Shown: positions 27,570-40,456 of the stretch, in pieces
Layout: the number at the start of each line of letters is the position of its first letter
Position numbering within the stretch: position 1 is the stretch's first letter
Assembly: GCA_951406725.2 (NCBI GenBank)
Contig: OX597819.1
Coordinates: forward strand, 134,664,001 to 134,728,000
Source of the DNA: Octopus vulgaris
Lineage: Eukaryota
Reading direction: 5' to 3'
DNA length: 64,000 nt
The notes under the pieces: model-generated
Told to the model about the DNA's origin: nothing
What the model saw: the letters and a program-made list of their open reading frames with translations, nothing else
Databases searched by the model: none
Program-made: the position numbers and the translations under genes

Positions 27570-28150
27570 CCAACTGCAGAGGACATGCAAAGGCTTGAAA
27601 GAAATGAAGCTGGTAAGCTTCAACAGATGTGCAATGTCAGTGTGCATGTATGATAGGGTGTAAGAGTTTTTGAGAGAAAAACCAGGCATAAGGGGCATCA
27701 GATGTGGTGCGCAAGAGAAATGAAAGCACTGGTATGGTCATGTCATGCATATGTATGAGGACTGCTGTGTAAAGAAGTGCCATTCTTTAACTGTGGAAGG
27801 AGTTTGTGGAAGAGGTAGATCCAGGAAGACGTGAGATGAGGTGGTGCCACAGGATCTTTGTATGATGGGCCTCACAGAGGCAAGGACAAGTAACTTTTGG
27901 TGATTTGCTGTTCTTGAAAAGACTTGTCAGACCAATTGAAATCATAGTCATGGATGGTGCTAGTGACACGTAAAAGGCAACCACCATACTCTTGGTATGG
28001 TTAGAGTTAGGAATGGCATCTGGCCGTGGAAACCATACCTAATTAGACTAGAATTTGGTACAGCTCTCCAGCTTACCAGTTCCAGTCAAACTGTCTAACC
28101 CATGCCAGCATGAAAAGCAGACACTTGATGATGATGATGATGATGATGAT
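27570..28150 (+). mobile_element. Highly degenerate RTE-like 3' end
   Basis: gcagaggacatg..gaaagaaatgaagc, agaggtagatccaggaagac, ends aagcagacact(gat)n. Confidence 0.7.
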
Positions 28151-28499
28151 GGACTCTTCTGTCAGAGTCAATGTACGAGTTCTCAGCATTCTGCCAAATG
28201 ATTTGTTGATAATGATGAAAAATATGTGCTGTGCATTAGCTCACTCCCTCCATCAAATCAACATTACCTGGACAGGTGCCACTGGGTGCCACATCTCAGG
28301 TGTCAAAGTGATTGCAGAGCAACATGAGATGAAGTACTTTGCTCAAAAACACAATGCACCACCTGATCTAGGAATTGAACCCACAATCTCGTGTGTGTGT
28401 GTGTGTGTGTGTGCGTGCAATTGTGTCTGCATATTTGTTTCTGATCAATAATTTGCCAGGGTTTCCCACTTTATCCTGTAAGTCACACTGAACTTAAGC

Positions 28500-29200
28500 A
28501 ATTTTGTGACTTCTCCCTGCTGTAGATAGTCTCAGTTTACAGATGACTAGATGGCAGTCAGCCGTAGCTCAGCCGTTCTCTTTACATGAACATCCAGTAC
28601 AGAATGGAAGGGGCACATGACAGTAATCAAATCTGTCGATGACTTCTGTCCCATAGTATCTCTATACCAGCTATATTTATGGATATTTTTATGTTAAGAG
28701 AATGCATTCATAATGGAGAGTCCAGTTCTAGCAAGGCCTCTTCATTCTTCCCAATCACTTCTTTCCATGTCTGGTGGTCAGTGCCAACATGTCCTTTGAA
28801 GACTCCTCCAAGAACAACTGACTCAGTCTTACCTACTTCTAAAGTTGCGGTGACTTCATCAAGGAAGGATTTGTATTTGACCCCTAAGTGATTGGTACAT
28901 GTACTTGCAAGTAGGCATAGTGACCTTTCTTTCAACTTAAGCTTCAGGAGGCAAACCCTCCCACCTAGTGTGGTCCACACCATAACGCAATCCAATAGCC
29001 GGGGATTTGTGACTATCTCCTCTCCCGCTTCATTAGCATCACATTTGAATAATGGAATTTCCTGTTTCCTTCCAAATCTATGATACCAGCGCAACAAAAT
29101 CTTGAGGAGATTATATCTAGCCAATAGTGTTTGGCTTTTTCCACTAGTTCCTGTTCTTTACCTATAAGGGTTGTGACGTTCTTGTACCCAATCATTAACA
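28500..29200 (-). mobile_element. Degenerate APE endonuclease remnant of an RTE-like LINE
   Basis: NVTTLIGKEQELVE..LDI and VVLGGVFKGHVGTDHQTWKEVIGKN correspond to APE N-terminal and GDFNAHVG motifs; stops and frameshifts. Confidence 0.7.
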
Positions 29201-29802
29201 GTTGTTCCCTTCTGGGCCTGTTTCGAGGCCCCAAGACACACATTCTTTGTATTTCCACTCCACACTTCCCAGAATAAAGTCACAGGCTTTTCACTGGTCA
29301 TTTTCGATTTTTCAAATGATTCCCTCTACTTCAGTTCTGAGTGCATCTTTTGTTAATCTCCATGGTGAACAATGCATTATGATTGTTCTTTCGAGCCCCT
29401 TTCATATTGCACGTTTTGCTGGTGTTATTTGACATGCAACATCTATAATTCACATTATTGAAATTATATTAGTGTTGTAGTTCTGATCACGGTTACTAGC
29501 TGTCCTAGGAAAGGGGAAGATGTATTTTTAACTCTATATTTAATGTACTTAGAGAAGAGAAAGTAGTTTAGAGGGTGTCAGTTCGTTAATCTCATATTTG
29601 GAATTAAGCAAAGAATTTGGATTACCTTTTCTAACTCTAAATTTTCACAAACAGATTTTTTGGCCACCTTAATAAGGATTTTCTGGTTATATATTGAACC
29701 ATTTCAAATTGTAAGGAATGCTTTTAGCTTTCAAATTGAAAATATGTTTAACAAGGGATGTAGAGTTCTTTAGTGTATCTTATATATATATATATATATA
29801 TG

Positions 29803-29994
29803 TAGGTCCCGGGTTGAGTCGGGGTTAACCACAGTTAATAAGGTACTCAATACATAGCAGAGTAAATTAATTTATTTTATAGAAGGAGCTTCTACAGGAC
29901 TAGAACTGTTTCATTCAAATGAAATCTTCAGGAAGCTTCCTGAAGATTTCATTTGAATGAAACAGTTCTAGTCCTGTAGAAGCTCCTTCTATAA

Positions 29995-30003
<9 letters not shown>
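29803..30003 (-). mobile_element. Short (TA)n-flanked element with a perfect 136-bp palindrome (29868-30003), Penelope-like inverted end
   Basis: Spacerless palindrome centred on AAG|CTT (29935/29936) plus 65 bp unique extension on the left. Confidence 0.65.
29934..29984 (+). ncRNA. Type I hammerhead-ribozyme-like motif (mirror copy on minus strand 29887-29937)
   Basis: agcttc-CTGAAGA-t ttc attt gaa t-GAAA-cag ttctagtc ctg-TA-gaagct: stem I 6 bp, stem III ACAG/CUGU, GUA site; stem II closes with a U-U mismatch. Confidence 0.65.
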
Positions 30004-30026
<23 letters not shown>

Positions 30027-31761
30027 TACATATATAAGTTTGTGTGTGTCTGTATCGACTCACAATGTGCCATACAGTGAGACTGAACTCAGATCCATGT
30101 GTTTGGGAAGCAAGCTTCTTACCACACACCCATGCCTGTGCCTATGTAGATATGTCTTTATGATAATGTCTATTTTTCCTTGTAATCCTTGTGAAATTCC
30201 TTGTTATTTGAGAATCAAAATTTTTAATTGTCTAATTAACCTTCTAATGTTTTTAGAAGCAGTTTCAGTCGATTAACATTGATTGTTAATGATATGCATC
30301 AGTTTTCACTTCAGAATCTCCATTTTGTCGTGAATTATTCCAGAAAATGATGGATATGTTTTAGTTATGTCAGCTTGTGTTGAGGTTTAAAGTTCAGATG
30401 GTATTTTCGTCAGTGGTAACCCATTGTTAGCGTATAATGTCAGCATGCATGAAAGATGCAGTGTAATTGATCAAAGAGAAAAGCTGTTGTGTGTCTAAGT
30501 GGAATCAGATGGAATTTGTGAGAGAGAGAAAAACTGTGTTGCTGTGAGTGTGTGATGGGTTTGAAGGGTGACTGCAGCATAAAAAAGTGCCGAACCTTCA
30601 AAATGGTTGCTTCCAGTGGAAGAAGACCTACAAAGACACGAAACAAAATCCTGAAAGCCAGTTTCAAGATGCTGAGCATCACAAAGAACTGATTGTGATA
30701 TGTTGAAGGAGAGGAAATTTGTTCTCTCAGGCAAAATATGGCCAAAAGTGTGTAAAAGGGAAATCTTGTTTCTTTGAATGTTCTCACTGCTTTCTTCCTC
30801 GCACCCTGCCTCTCTGCTACCCTCATCCTTTAGCTACCTTCCAACCACTTATTCCTCTTGCACTCACTCTCCTCCTCTCTTCGTTCTCTAACCCTCTTCT
30901 TTCCCTACAGTTTTCCTGAATGAGATATATCTTCTTTATATATCATTCCTTTCTCCCCAATTCTCTGATAACTTCCAGCTTCTCTTCCTCTTTCTTCCCC
31001 CCCCCCCCACCTTTTGTAATCCCTTCCTCCTTGTCCAGTTGGATTTCTCTCTCACACCCACACTTCTCAGCTTCCTTTCCCTCACAGATCTCACGACCTT
31101 TGCTCTCTAATCCAACACTGTTTTCTTTTTCTCACTGTATCACACCCATAATTGTTCCACTTACTCACCACCCTCTTCTCCTTCCCTCTCTGGACTACTT
31201 CAAAGACTCCCTCAAACCCTAACTTCCTTCACTCTTTGCCTTCCCACAACCTCTAATCCCCTTCTTCCTTCATTTAACCAACATTAGGGTCTTCATCACC
31301 TTCACCAAATTGGTTCTTTCCAGTCCCTCTGTCTCCTCATGCCTACACCCAACTAACCCTTATAATATGGGAGAGCAGCTCATACCCCTTACACAATCAA
31401 CCACATCAGCCTTAGCTCTCCTTTATTACTGACTCCCTCTTTCTTTTTCTTTGCCCTTACATATTCCCTCTTCATTAGTGTATGCTTTATTACTCACTCC
31501 ACGGCTGCACAAATCTCACACTTTAACATCCTTCGTCATCTTTCCTATTCTTCTTTCAGTTGCAGAGGCCCCAAGTAGGATCTTTAGTCATGCACATTGC
31601 AAGGTTTCCTGCCATGACAAACACGCCCAGTACCCACCCAATATATCATAGTTGGTGTTAGGAGAGCATCCAATCATGGCAACCATGCCAGAGCAGAGAT
31701 GCTGGAGCATGATGCAATCATCCGACTCGTCTAAAGGGTCCAATGCTTGCCAGAATGGAAC

Positions 31762-31970
31762 ATCATCATCATCCTCATCATCATCATTGTTTAACGTCCG
31801 CTTTCCATGCTAGCTAGCATGGGTTGGATGATTTTGACTGAGGGCTGGCGAACCAGACGGCCGCACCAGGCTCCAATCTTGATCTGGCAGAGTTTCTACT
31901 GCTGGATGCCCTTCCTAACGCCAACCACTCCGAGAGTGTAGTGGGTGCTTTTTACGTGCCACTAGCATGA
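31762..31970 (-). mobile_element. RTE-family 3' end module
   Basis: (CAT)n-gtttaacgtccgctttccatgctagc...ggatgcccttcctaacgccaaccactcc. Confidence 0.8.
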
Positions 31971-32046
31971 CAGGTGTAAAATGATGATAATAATTAACTT
32001 TCTGTCTAATTCATTTAGAATTAGTGCAAAACATACAACCATTGAT

Positions 32047-32138
32047 ACTGTTCACAATTTGCTCTGCGTTACAACATTGACGGTGGTTACAACAGTAGCT
32101 GTAACAAGAGCTTCACTGGAAATGGAGTCAATTATATA
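32047..32138 (+). pseudogene. Decayed A-type EGF pseudo-exon
   Basis: CSQFALRYNIDGGYNSSCNKSFTGNGVNYI aligns ungapped to CSQYATCHNFVPGFNCTCREGFTGDGVNCA; three Cys lost, acceptor/5' part deleted, no donor. Confidence 0.75.
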
Positions 32139-32325
32139 ACAAGTACATTATTAAAGATTTCTTTGTGATATCGTTGTCTGATTTTACAATATAATGTATT
32201 AATGGCACATTTTATCTAAGATATAGATAGCAATGTCATCCGATCTCGCTCAAAGCTTCCTGATTTAAAATTTTTGCTCTCTATACAATAGTTTTAATTC
32301 AAATCTTGTTTGTTTCAATTTGCAG

Positions 32326-32451
32326 ACACGAATGACTGTCGCAATGCAACTCTGTACAACTGTGCACCTGAGGCTAGTTGTGTAAATGATACTGGTACTT
32401 TCAACTGTAGCTGTAATGATGGATATACTGGAGATGGTTTTAATTGTACAG
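32326..32451 (+). CDS. cbEGF exon B0 (diverged B-type)
   Basis: ttgcag|..|gtgagt, 126 nt, phase 1-1; (D)TNDCRNATLYNCAPEASCVNDTGTFNCSCNDGYTGDGFNCT. Confidence 0.85.
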
Positions 32452-32994
32452 GTGAGTAAAAGATATTGATACATCATCATCATCATCATCAAATTTGAAA
32501 AGAACTCCAAAAGTGTGAGAACTTACAAGTTTTACATTTAATCTGAATTTAAATACCAAACCATGGGAATTTAAAAATGTTTCCAATTCAGTTCATTTAA
32601 AACTAGATCCAACTTAGAGTAGGAGTTTTGTATTTGTGAGGTTTTGAAGTTCCATTGAGTTTGTGAAGTGGATCTCTGAGAAGGAAACATTAAAGAACTT
32701 TAACTTTCAAGCAAATCAAACTTTCCACCCAAATTGAACTTCTGCCGAAAATGGACTTTCTGCCAGATTGGACTTTTGGCCTAATTGGTCTTCTGGCCAT
32801 GTTGGACTTCCAGGAGAGTCAGTTTCTTCAGAGATTAGGATACTTGGAAATTTGCAACTCAGCTCCTGGATCTGGGAAACAGAAGCATTCAGCAAGACAG
32901 TAATGGAGATATCACTTTTACAAATGGCTGTAGCATTTTGGTCAAAACTGTAGAAGAGCTGATCACCAAGGTTTACCAAACATTGGACAAGATC

Positions 32995-33243
32995 ATGATT
33001 GGCCTAGTGAAAGAGCCATACTTACACCAAGGAATGAAACTGTCCTGATTGTCAATTGGAAACTTATTCTATCAATCAACACTGAGGAATAAAATTATTT
33101 CTCAATTCATACTGTTGTGGACCCTAATGAGTCTGAGAGTTATCCTATTGAGTTTCCTAACTTTTTGGATACTCCTGCAATGTTTTCCCTCAAACTGACA
33201 TTGAAGAAAGGAGTTCCAATCATGCTTTTGAGAAAGTCCATAA
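32995..33243 (+). mobile_element. Helitron PIF1-like helicase remnant
   Basis: WPSERAILTPRNETV and YPIEFPNFLDTPAMFSLKLTLKKGVPIMLLRK resemble the Helitron RepHel motifs ERAILAPxN and YPxEFLN..LxLKxGxPIMLLRN. Confidence 0.75.
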
Positions 33244-33503
33244 ATAAAATGGCAAAAGGACACAGAACATCCATTTTTGTTGACCATTCCAATGATTGCT
33301 GATGTAATTTTAGAATAATTCATTTAGAATTAGGATCAAAAGATACAACCTCTGTTGTAAGCTTTTCTAACTAAATCCTGTCATTTCGTCCATCAGGCAG
33401 ATTACAATCTCTCATTTGTCCATTTCTGAATTAATTATGTTGCTGTGGTTTCGGTTCTTCTTAAATTACGATTGAGCCTTATTTTTGTTGTTTCAATTTC
33501 CAG

Positions 33504-33626
33504 ATTTAAATGAATGTACGAATTCACTCCACAACTGTTCACAATATGCAACATGTCACAACTTTGTTCCTGGCTTCAACTGTACTTGTAGGGAAGGCTT
33601 TACTGGAGACGGAGTCAATTGTGCAG
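33504..33626 (+). CDS. cbEGF exon A1
   Basis: ttccag|..|gttggt, 123 nt, phase 1-1; (D)LNECTNSLHNCSQYATCHNFVPGFNCTCREGFTGDGVNCA, six Cys, DxNEC and CxNx4FxC. Confidence 0.88.
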
Positions 33627-33843
33627 GTTGGTACAACAAATACACTGAGGATTTCTTTCTGATAATGTTGCCTCATTTAAGAATATAATGTATTAATGCT
33701 ACATTTTATCTAAAGTATATTATTATCAATGTGTTTCCTGTCTTCTTAAGTCCCTCGAGCTTCTACTTTCTATGCTGCTTCTTAATTTCCAAACTCTGCT
33801 GCTCTCTGTATTTAATTCAAATTTTGCTTGTTTCAACTTGCAG

Positions 33844-33969
33844 ACATTGATGAATGCAGTAATGCAACTCTGAACAACTGTGCACCTGAGGCTAGCTGTA
33901 CGAATGTTGCTGGTACTTTCAACTGTAGCTGTAAAGCTGGATATATTGGAAATGGTTTTAACTGTACAG
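33844..33969 (+). CDS. cbEGF exon B1
   Basis: ttgcag|..|gttagt, 126 nt; (D)IDECSNATLNNCAPEASCTNVAGTFNCSCKAGYIGNGFNCT. Confidence 0.88.
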
Positions 33970-35365
33970 GTTAGTAAAAGATGTTCATGCAAGATCATCA
34001 TATTTATCTTCAACGGTATTTAACATACATGCTCCATGTTGGTTTTGATTGAACGGCTTGAAAATATCCTATGAGTAGTAGGACATGTTTGTGCCATGTT
34101 GCCTCTTTAGCATAGTTTCCTTTGCTGGAAGCCTTTCTAAGCACTAACCCGATTACAACGTGGTCTGGGTGCTTTTTACAGTCCCAAGACTACTAAGCCT
34201 GTAAGGGTCAGATTTGTATAAGGAGATGAAGGGTTCAAGTATGAGAGAAGGTGCGAGAGCAGAGCATGTGACAAGGGGTTATGTAAGTACTCCTGTTTCA
34301 TGAGATGAGGATAGGGTAAACACGATTAAGGTAGAGATGAAAATTGCAGTGATGAGGTGCCTTGGTAGATCTTCTACAAAGTACGAGTCGAGTAGAAAGG
34401 GTTCAGAAGGTGTAGAAGTGTCTGTGGTGGATGTGGCAAGAGTGTATAAGAGAGTGAGAAATGGAGAATGGGTGAGAATATAATGATTGAACAACAAGTG
34501 TTGAGTGGATAATAAATTGGGAAGTGTGGGTGACAAGTGTAGAAATTGGTTAGGGTTGAGGGTTGGACAAAGGGTGACGGGGTGACCAATGATGATGGCG
34601 TGTAGATTCATAATGGTGATGCAGAAGGAATAAGAAAGGTGTGTGAGAATGGGAGGAAGAGGGGCATAGATGATGATGAATGGTTGGATAGGTTTCAAGA
34701 GTGTGTGAGGGAAGAGAGTGGTAGGCGGAGAGAGAGAGGGAGAGATCTGTCGGTGAGGAAGGTGATATTATTTAGTGGCTCATTGGGGAGGTTGACCATG
34801 TAAAATAGGAGTGGAGAGGAGAGTATTAAGGATGAGTGATGGCTATGGAGGGAAATGTTTCTGATGGAGAGGAAAATTAGTGAAGAGATGGAGTGTATTG
34901 GGGCTGTGTAGGGGAATCAATTAGGCAAAGGGCCCAGTTGGACAAATATATATAAATATGGAGAACTGAGGTATGTGACGCCTTACTTTGTCTACCACAG
35001 GATCGAAATATATGGCGCCTTGCGTTATGGAAAGAAGACCCCTCAACCATAGCAGAATTGATACTAGTGTGGTGCATAAAAGTCTCCTACATTCAAAGTC
35101 TGTACATAAAATGGCAAAAGGACACAGAACATCCATTTTTGTTGACCATTCCAATGATTGCTGATGTAATTTTAGAATAATTCATTTAGAATTAGGATCA
35201 AAAGATACAACCTCTGTTGTAAGCTTTTCTAACTAAATCCTGTCATTTCGTCCATCAGGCAGATTACAATCTCTCATTTGTCCATTTCTGAATTAATTAT
35301 GTTGCTGTGGTTTCGGTTCTTCTTAAATTACGATTGAGCCTTATTTCTGTTGTTTCAATTTCCAG

Positions 35366-35488
35366 ATTTAAATGAATGTACGAATTCACTCCACAACTGT
35401 TCACAATATGCAACATGTCACAACTTTGTTCCTGGCTTCAACTGTACTTGTAGGGAAGGCTTTACTGGAGACGGAGTCAATTGTGCAG
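35366..35488 (+). CDS. cbEGF exon A2
   Basis: Same as A1, intact splice sites. Confidence 0.85.
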
Positions 35489-35705
35489 GTTGGTACAACA
35501 AATACACTGAGGATTTCTTTCTGATAATGTTGCCTCATTTAAGAATATAATGTATTAATGCTACATTTTATCTAAAGTATATTATTATCAATGTGTTTCC
35601 TGTCTTCTTAAGTCCCTCGAGCTTCTACTCTCTATGCTGCTTCTTAATTTCCAAAGTCTGCTGCCCTCTGTATTTAATTCAAATTTTGCTTGTTTCAACT
35701 TGCAG

Positions 35706-35758
35706 ACATTGATGAATGCAGTAATGCAACTCTGAGCAACTGTGCACTTGAGGCTAGC
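35706..35758 (+). pseudogene. Truncated B2 exon
   Basis: Acceptor kept; 198-bp deletion removes the 3' half and donor. Confidence 0.85.
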
Positions 35759-37038
35759 CATGTTCCCTCTTTGGCATAGTTTCCTCTGCTCGAAGCCTTT
35801 CTAAGCACTAACCCGATTACAACGTGGTCTGGGTGCTTTTTACAGTCCCAAGAATACTAAGCCTGTAAGGGTCAGATTCGTATAAGGAGACGAAGGGTTC
35901 AAGTATGAGAGAAGGTGCGAGAGCAGAGCATGTGACAAGGGGTTATGTAAGTTCTCCTGTTTCATGAGATGAGGATAGGGTAAACACGATTAAGGTAGAG
36001 ATGAAAATTGCAGTGATGAGGTGCCTTGGTAGATCTTCTACAAAGTACGAGTCGAGTAGAAAGGGTTCAGAAGGTGTAGAAGTGTCTGTGGTGGATGTGG
36101 CAAGAGTGTATAAGAGAGTGAGAAATGGAGAATGGGTGAGAATATAATGATTGAACAACAAGTGTTGAGTGGATAATAAATTGGGAAGAGTGGGTGACAA
36201 GTGTAGAAATTGGTTAGGGTTGAGGGTTGGACAAAGGGTGACGGGGTGACCAATGATGATGGTGTGTAGATTCATAATGGTGATGCAGAAGGAAGAAGAA
36301 AGGTGTGTGAGAATGGGAGAGGAGGGGCATAGATGATGATGAATGGTTGGATAGGTTTCAAGAGTGTGTGAGGGAAGAGAGTGGTAGGCGGAGAGAGAGG
36401 GGAGAGTGAGCGAAGTGATCTGTCGGTGAGGAAGGTGATATTATTTAGTGGCTCATTGGGGAGGTTGACCATGTAAAATAGGAGTGGAGAGGAGAGTATT
36501 AAGGATGAGTGATGGCTATGGAGGGAAATGTTTCTGATGGAGAGGAAAATTAGTGAAGAGATGGAGTGTATTGGGGCTGTGTAGGGGAATCAATTAGGCA
36601 AAGGGCCCAGTTGGACAAATATATATAAATATAGAGAACTGAGGTATGTGACGCCTTACTTTGTCTACCACAGGATCGAAATATATGGTGCCTTGCGTTA
36701 TGGAAAGAAGACCCCTCAACCATAGCAGAATTGATACTAGTGTGGTGCATAAAAGTCTCCTACATTCAAAGTCCGTACATAAAATGGCAAAAGGACACAG
36801 AACATCCATTTTTGTTGACCATTCCAATGATTGCTGATGTAATTTTAGAATAATTCATTTAGAATTAGGATCAAAAGATACAACCTCTGTTGTAAGCTTT
36901 TCTAACTAAATCCTGTCATTTCGTCCATCAGGCAGATTACAATCTCTCATTTGTCCATTTCTGAATTAATTATGTTGCTGTGGTTTCGGTTCTTCTTAAA
37001 TTACGATTGAGCCTTATTTCTGTTGTTTCAATTTCCAG

Positions 37039-37161
37039 ATTTAAATGAATGTACGAATTCACTCCACAACTGTTCACAATATGCAACATGTCACAACTTT
37101 GTTCCTGGCTTCAACTGTACTTGTAGGGAAGGCTTTACTGGAGACGGAGTCAATTGTGCAG
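37039..37161 (+). CDS. cbEGF exon A3
   Basis: Same as A1. Confidence 0.85.
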
Positions 37162-37378
37162 GTTGGTACAACAAATACACTGAGGATTTCTTTCTGATAA
37201 TGTTGCCTCATTTAAGAATATAATGTATTAATGCTACATTTTATCTAAAGTATATTATTATCAATGTGTTTCCTGTCTTCTTAAGTCCCTCGAGCTTCTA
37301 CTCTCTATGCTGCTTCTTAATTTCCAAACTCTGCTGCTCTCTGTATTTAATTCAAATTTTGCTTGTTTCAACTTGCAG

Positions 37379-37431
37379 ACATTGATGAATGCAGTAATGC
37401 AGCTCTGAGCAACTGTGCACTTGAGGCTAGC
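37379..37431 (+). pseudogene. Truncated B3 exon
   Basis: Same gaggctagc|catgtt junction. Confidence 0.85.
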
Positions 37432-38714
37432 CATGTTGCCTCTTTGGCATAGTTTCCTCTGCTCGAAGCCTTTCTAAGCACTAACCCGATTACAACGTGG
37501 TCTGGGTGCTTTTTACAGTCCCAAGACTACTAAGCCTGTAAGGGTCAGATTCGTATAAGGAGACGAAGGGTTCAAGTATGAGAGAAGGTGCGAGAGCAGA
37601 GCATGTGACAAGGGGTTATGTAAGTACTCCTGTTTCATGAGATGAGGATAGGGTAAACACGATTAAGGTAGAGATGAAAATTGCAGTGATGAGGTGCCTT
37701 GGTAGATCTTCTACAAAGTACGAGTCGAGTAGAAAGGGTTCAGAAGGTGTAGAAGTGTCTGTGGTGGATGTGGCAAGAGTGTATAAGAGAGTGAGAAATG
37801 GAGAATGGGTGAGAATATAATGATTGAACAACAAGTGTTGAGTGGATAATAAATTGGGAAGAGTGGGTGACAAGTGTAGAAATTGGTTAGGGTTGAGGGT
37901 TGGACAAAGGGTGACGGGGTGACCAATGATGATGGCGTGTAGATTCATAATGGTGATGCAGAAGGAAGAAGAAAGGTGTGTGAGAATGGGTGGAGGAGGG
38001 GCATAGATGATGATGAATGGTTGGATAGGTTTCAAGAGTGTGTGAGGGAAGAGAGTGGTAGGCGGAGAGAGAGAGGGAGAGTGAGCGGAAGTGATCTGTC
38101 GGTGAGGAAGGTGATATTATTTAGTGGCTCATTGGGGAGGTTGACCATGTAAAATAGGAGTGGAGAGGAGAGTATTAAGGATGAGCGATGGCTATGGAGG
38201 GAAATGTTTCTGATGGAGAGGAAAATTAGTGAAGAGATGGAGTGTATTGGGGCTGTGTAGGGGAATCAATTAGGCAAAGGGCCCAGTTGGACAAATATAT
38301 ATAAATATAGAGAAGTGAGGTATGTGACGCCTTACTTTGTCTACCACAGGATCGAAATATATGGCGCCTTGCGTTATGGAAAGAAGACCCCTCAACCATA
38401 GCAGAATTGATACTAGTGTGGTGCATAAAAGTCTCCTACATTCAAAGTCTGTACATAAAATGGCAAAAGGACACAGAACATCCATTTTTGTTGACCATTC
38501 CAATGATTGCTGATGTAATTTTAGAATAATTCATTTAGAATTAGGATCAAAAGATACAACCTCTGTTGTAAGCTTTTCTAACTAAATCCTGTCATTTCGT
38601 CCATCAGGCAGATTACAATCTCTCATTTGTCCATTTCTGAATTAATTATGTTGCTGTGGTTTCGGTTCTTCTTAAATTACGATTGAGCCTTATTTTTGTT
38701 GTTTCAATTTCCAG

Positions 38715-38837
38715 ATTTAAATGAATGTACGAATTCACTCCACAACTGTTCACAATATGCAACATGTCACAACTTTGTTCCTGGCTTCAACTGTACTTGT
38801 AGGGAAGGCTTTACTGGAGACGGAGTCAATTGTGCAG
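38715..38837 (+). CDS. cbEGF exon A4
   Basis: Same as A1. Confidence 0.85.
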
Positions 38838-39054
38838 GTTGGTACAACAAATACACTGAGGATTTCTTTCTGATAATGTTGCCTCATTTAAGAATATAAT
38901 GTATTAATGCTACATTTTATCTAAAGTATATTATTATCAATGTGTTTCCTGTCTTCTTAAGTCCCTCGAGCTTCTACTCTCTATGCTGCTTCTTAATTTC
39001 CAAACTCTGCTGCTCTCTGTATTTAATTCAAATTTTGCTTGTTTCAACTTGCAG

Positions 39055-39101
39055 ACATGAATGCAGTAATGCAATGAACAATGAATGCAGTAATAGCATA
39101 G
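39055..39101 (+). pseudogene. Scrambled B4 remnant
   Basis: acatgaatgcagtaatgcaatgaacaatgaatgcagtaatagcatag: duplicated and deleted pieces of the B exon start. Confidence 0.75.
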
Positions 39102-40333
39102 CTAAGCACTAACCTGATTACAACGTGGTCTGGGTGCTGTCCCAAGACTACTAAGCCTGTAAGGGTCAGATTTGTATAAGGAGATGAAGGGTTCAAGTAT
39201 GAGAGAAGGTGCGAGAGCAGAGCATGTGACAAGGGGTTATGTAAGTCCTCCTGTTTCATGAGATGAGGATAGGGTAAACACGATTAAGGTAGAGATGAAA
39301 ATTGCAGTGATGAGGTGCCTTGGTCGATCATCTACAATGTACAAGTCGAGTAGAAAGGGTTCAGAAGGTGTAGAAGTGTCTGTGGTGGATGTGGCAAGAG
39401 TGTATAAGAGAGTGAGAAATGGAGAATGGGTGAGAATATAATGATTGAACAACAAGTGTTGAGTGGATAATAAATTGGGAAGTGTGGGTGACAAGTGTAG
39501 AAATTGGTTAGGGTTGAGGGTTGGACAAAGGGTGACGGGGTGACCAATGATGATGGCGTGTAGATTCATAATGGTGATGCAGAAGGAAGAAGAAAGGTGT
39601 GTGAGAATGGGAGGAGGAGGGGCATAGATGATGATGAATGGTTGGATAGGTTTCAAGAGTGTGTGAGGGAAGAGAGTGGTAGGCGGAGCAGAGAGGGAGA
39701 GTGAGCGGAGAGATCTGTCGGTGAGGAAGGTGATATTATTTAGTGGCTCATTGGGGAGGTTGACCATGTAAAATAGGAGTGGAGAGGAGAGTATTAAGGA
39801 TGAGCGATGGCTATGGAGGGAAATGTTTCTGATGGAGAGGAAAATTAGTGAAGAGATGGAGTGTATTGGGGCTGTGTAGGGGAATCAATTAGGCAAAGGG
39901 CCCAGTTGGACAAATATATATAAATATAGAGAACTGAGGTATGTGACGCCTTACTTTGTCTACCACAGGATCGAAATATATGGCGCCTTGCGTTATGGAA
40001 AGAAGACCCCTCAACCATAGCAGAATTGATACTAGTGTGGTGCATAAACGTCTCCTACATTCAAAGTCTGTACATAAAATGGCAAAAGGACACAGAACAT
40101 CCATTTTTGTTGACCATTCCAATGATTGCTGATGTAATTTTAGAATAATTCATTTAGAATTAGGATCAAAAGATACAACCTCTGTTGTAAGCTTTTCTAA
40201 CTAAATCCTGTCATTTCGTCCATCAGGCAGATTACAATCTCTCATTTGTCCATTTCTGAATTAATTATGTTGCTGTGGTTTCGGTTCTTCTTAAATTACG
40301 ATTGAGCCTTATTTTTGTTGTTTCAATTTCCAG

Positions 40334-40456
40334 ATTTAAATGAATGTACGAATTCACTCCACAACTGTTCACAATATGCAACATGTCACAACTTTGTTCC
40401 TGGCTTCAACTGTACTTGTAGGGAAGGCTTTACTGGAGACGGAGTCAATTGTGCAG
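40334..40456 (+). CDS. cbEGF exon A5
   Basis: Same as A1. Confidence 0.85.

Noticed and set aside
34279-35154. Recurring minus-strand ORFs (MKPIQPF.., MHHTSIN.., MEWSTK..) in every unit
   Set aside because: Repeated only because the unit is repeated; low-complexity purine/pyrimidine-skewed intron, frames broken by indels between units
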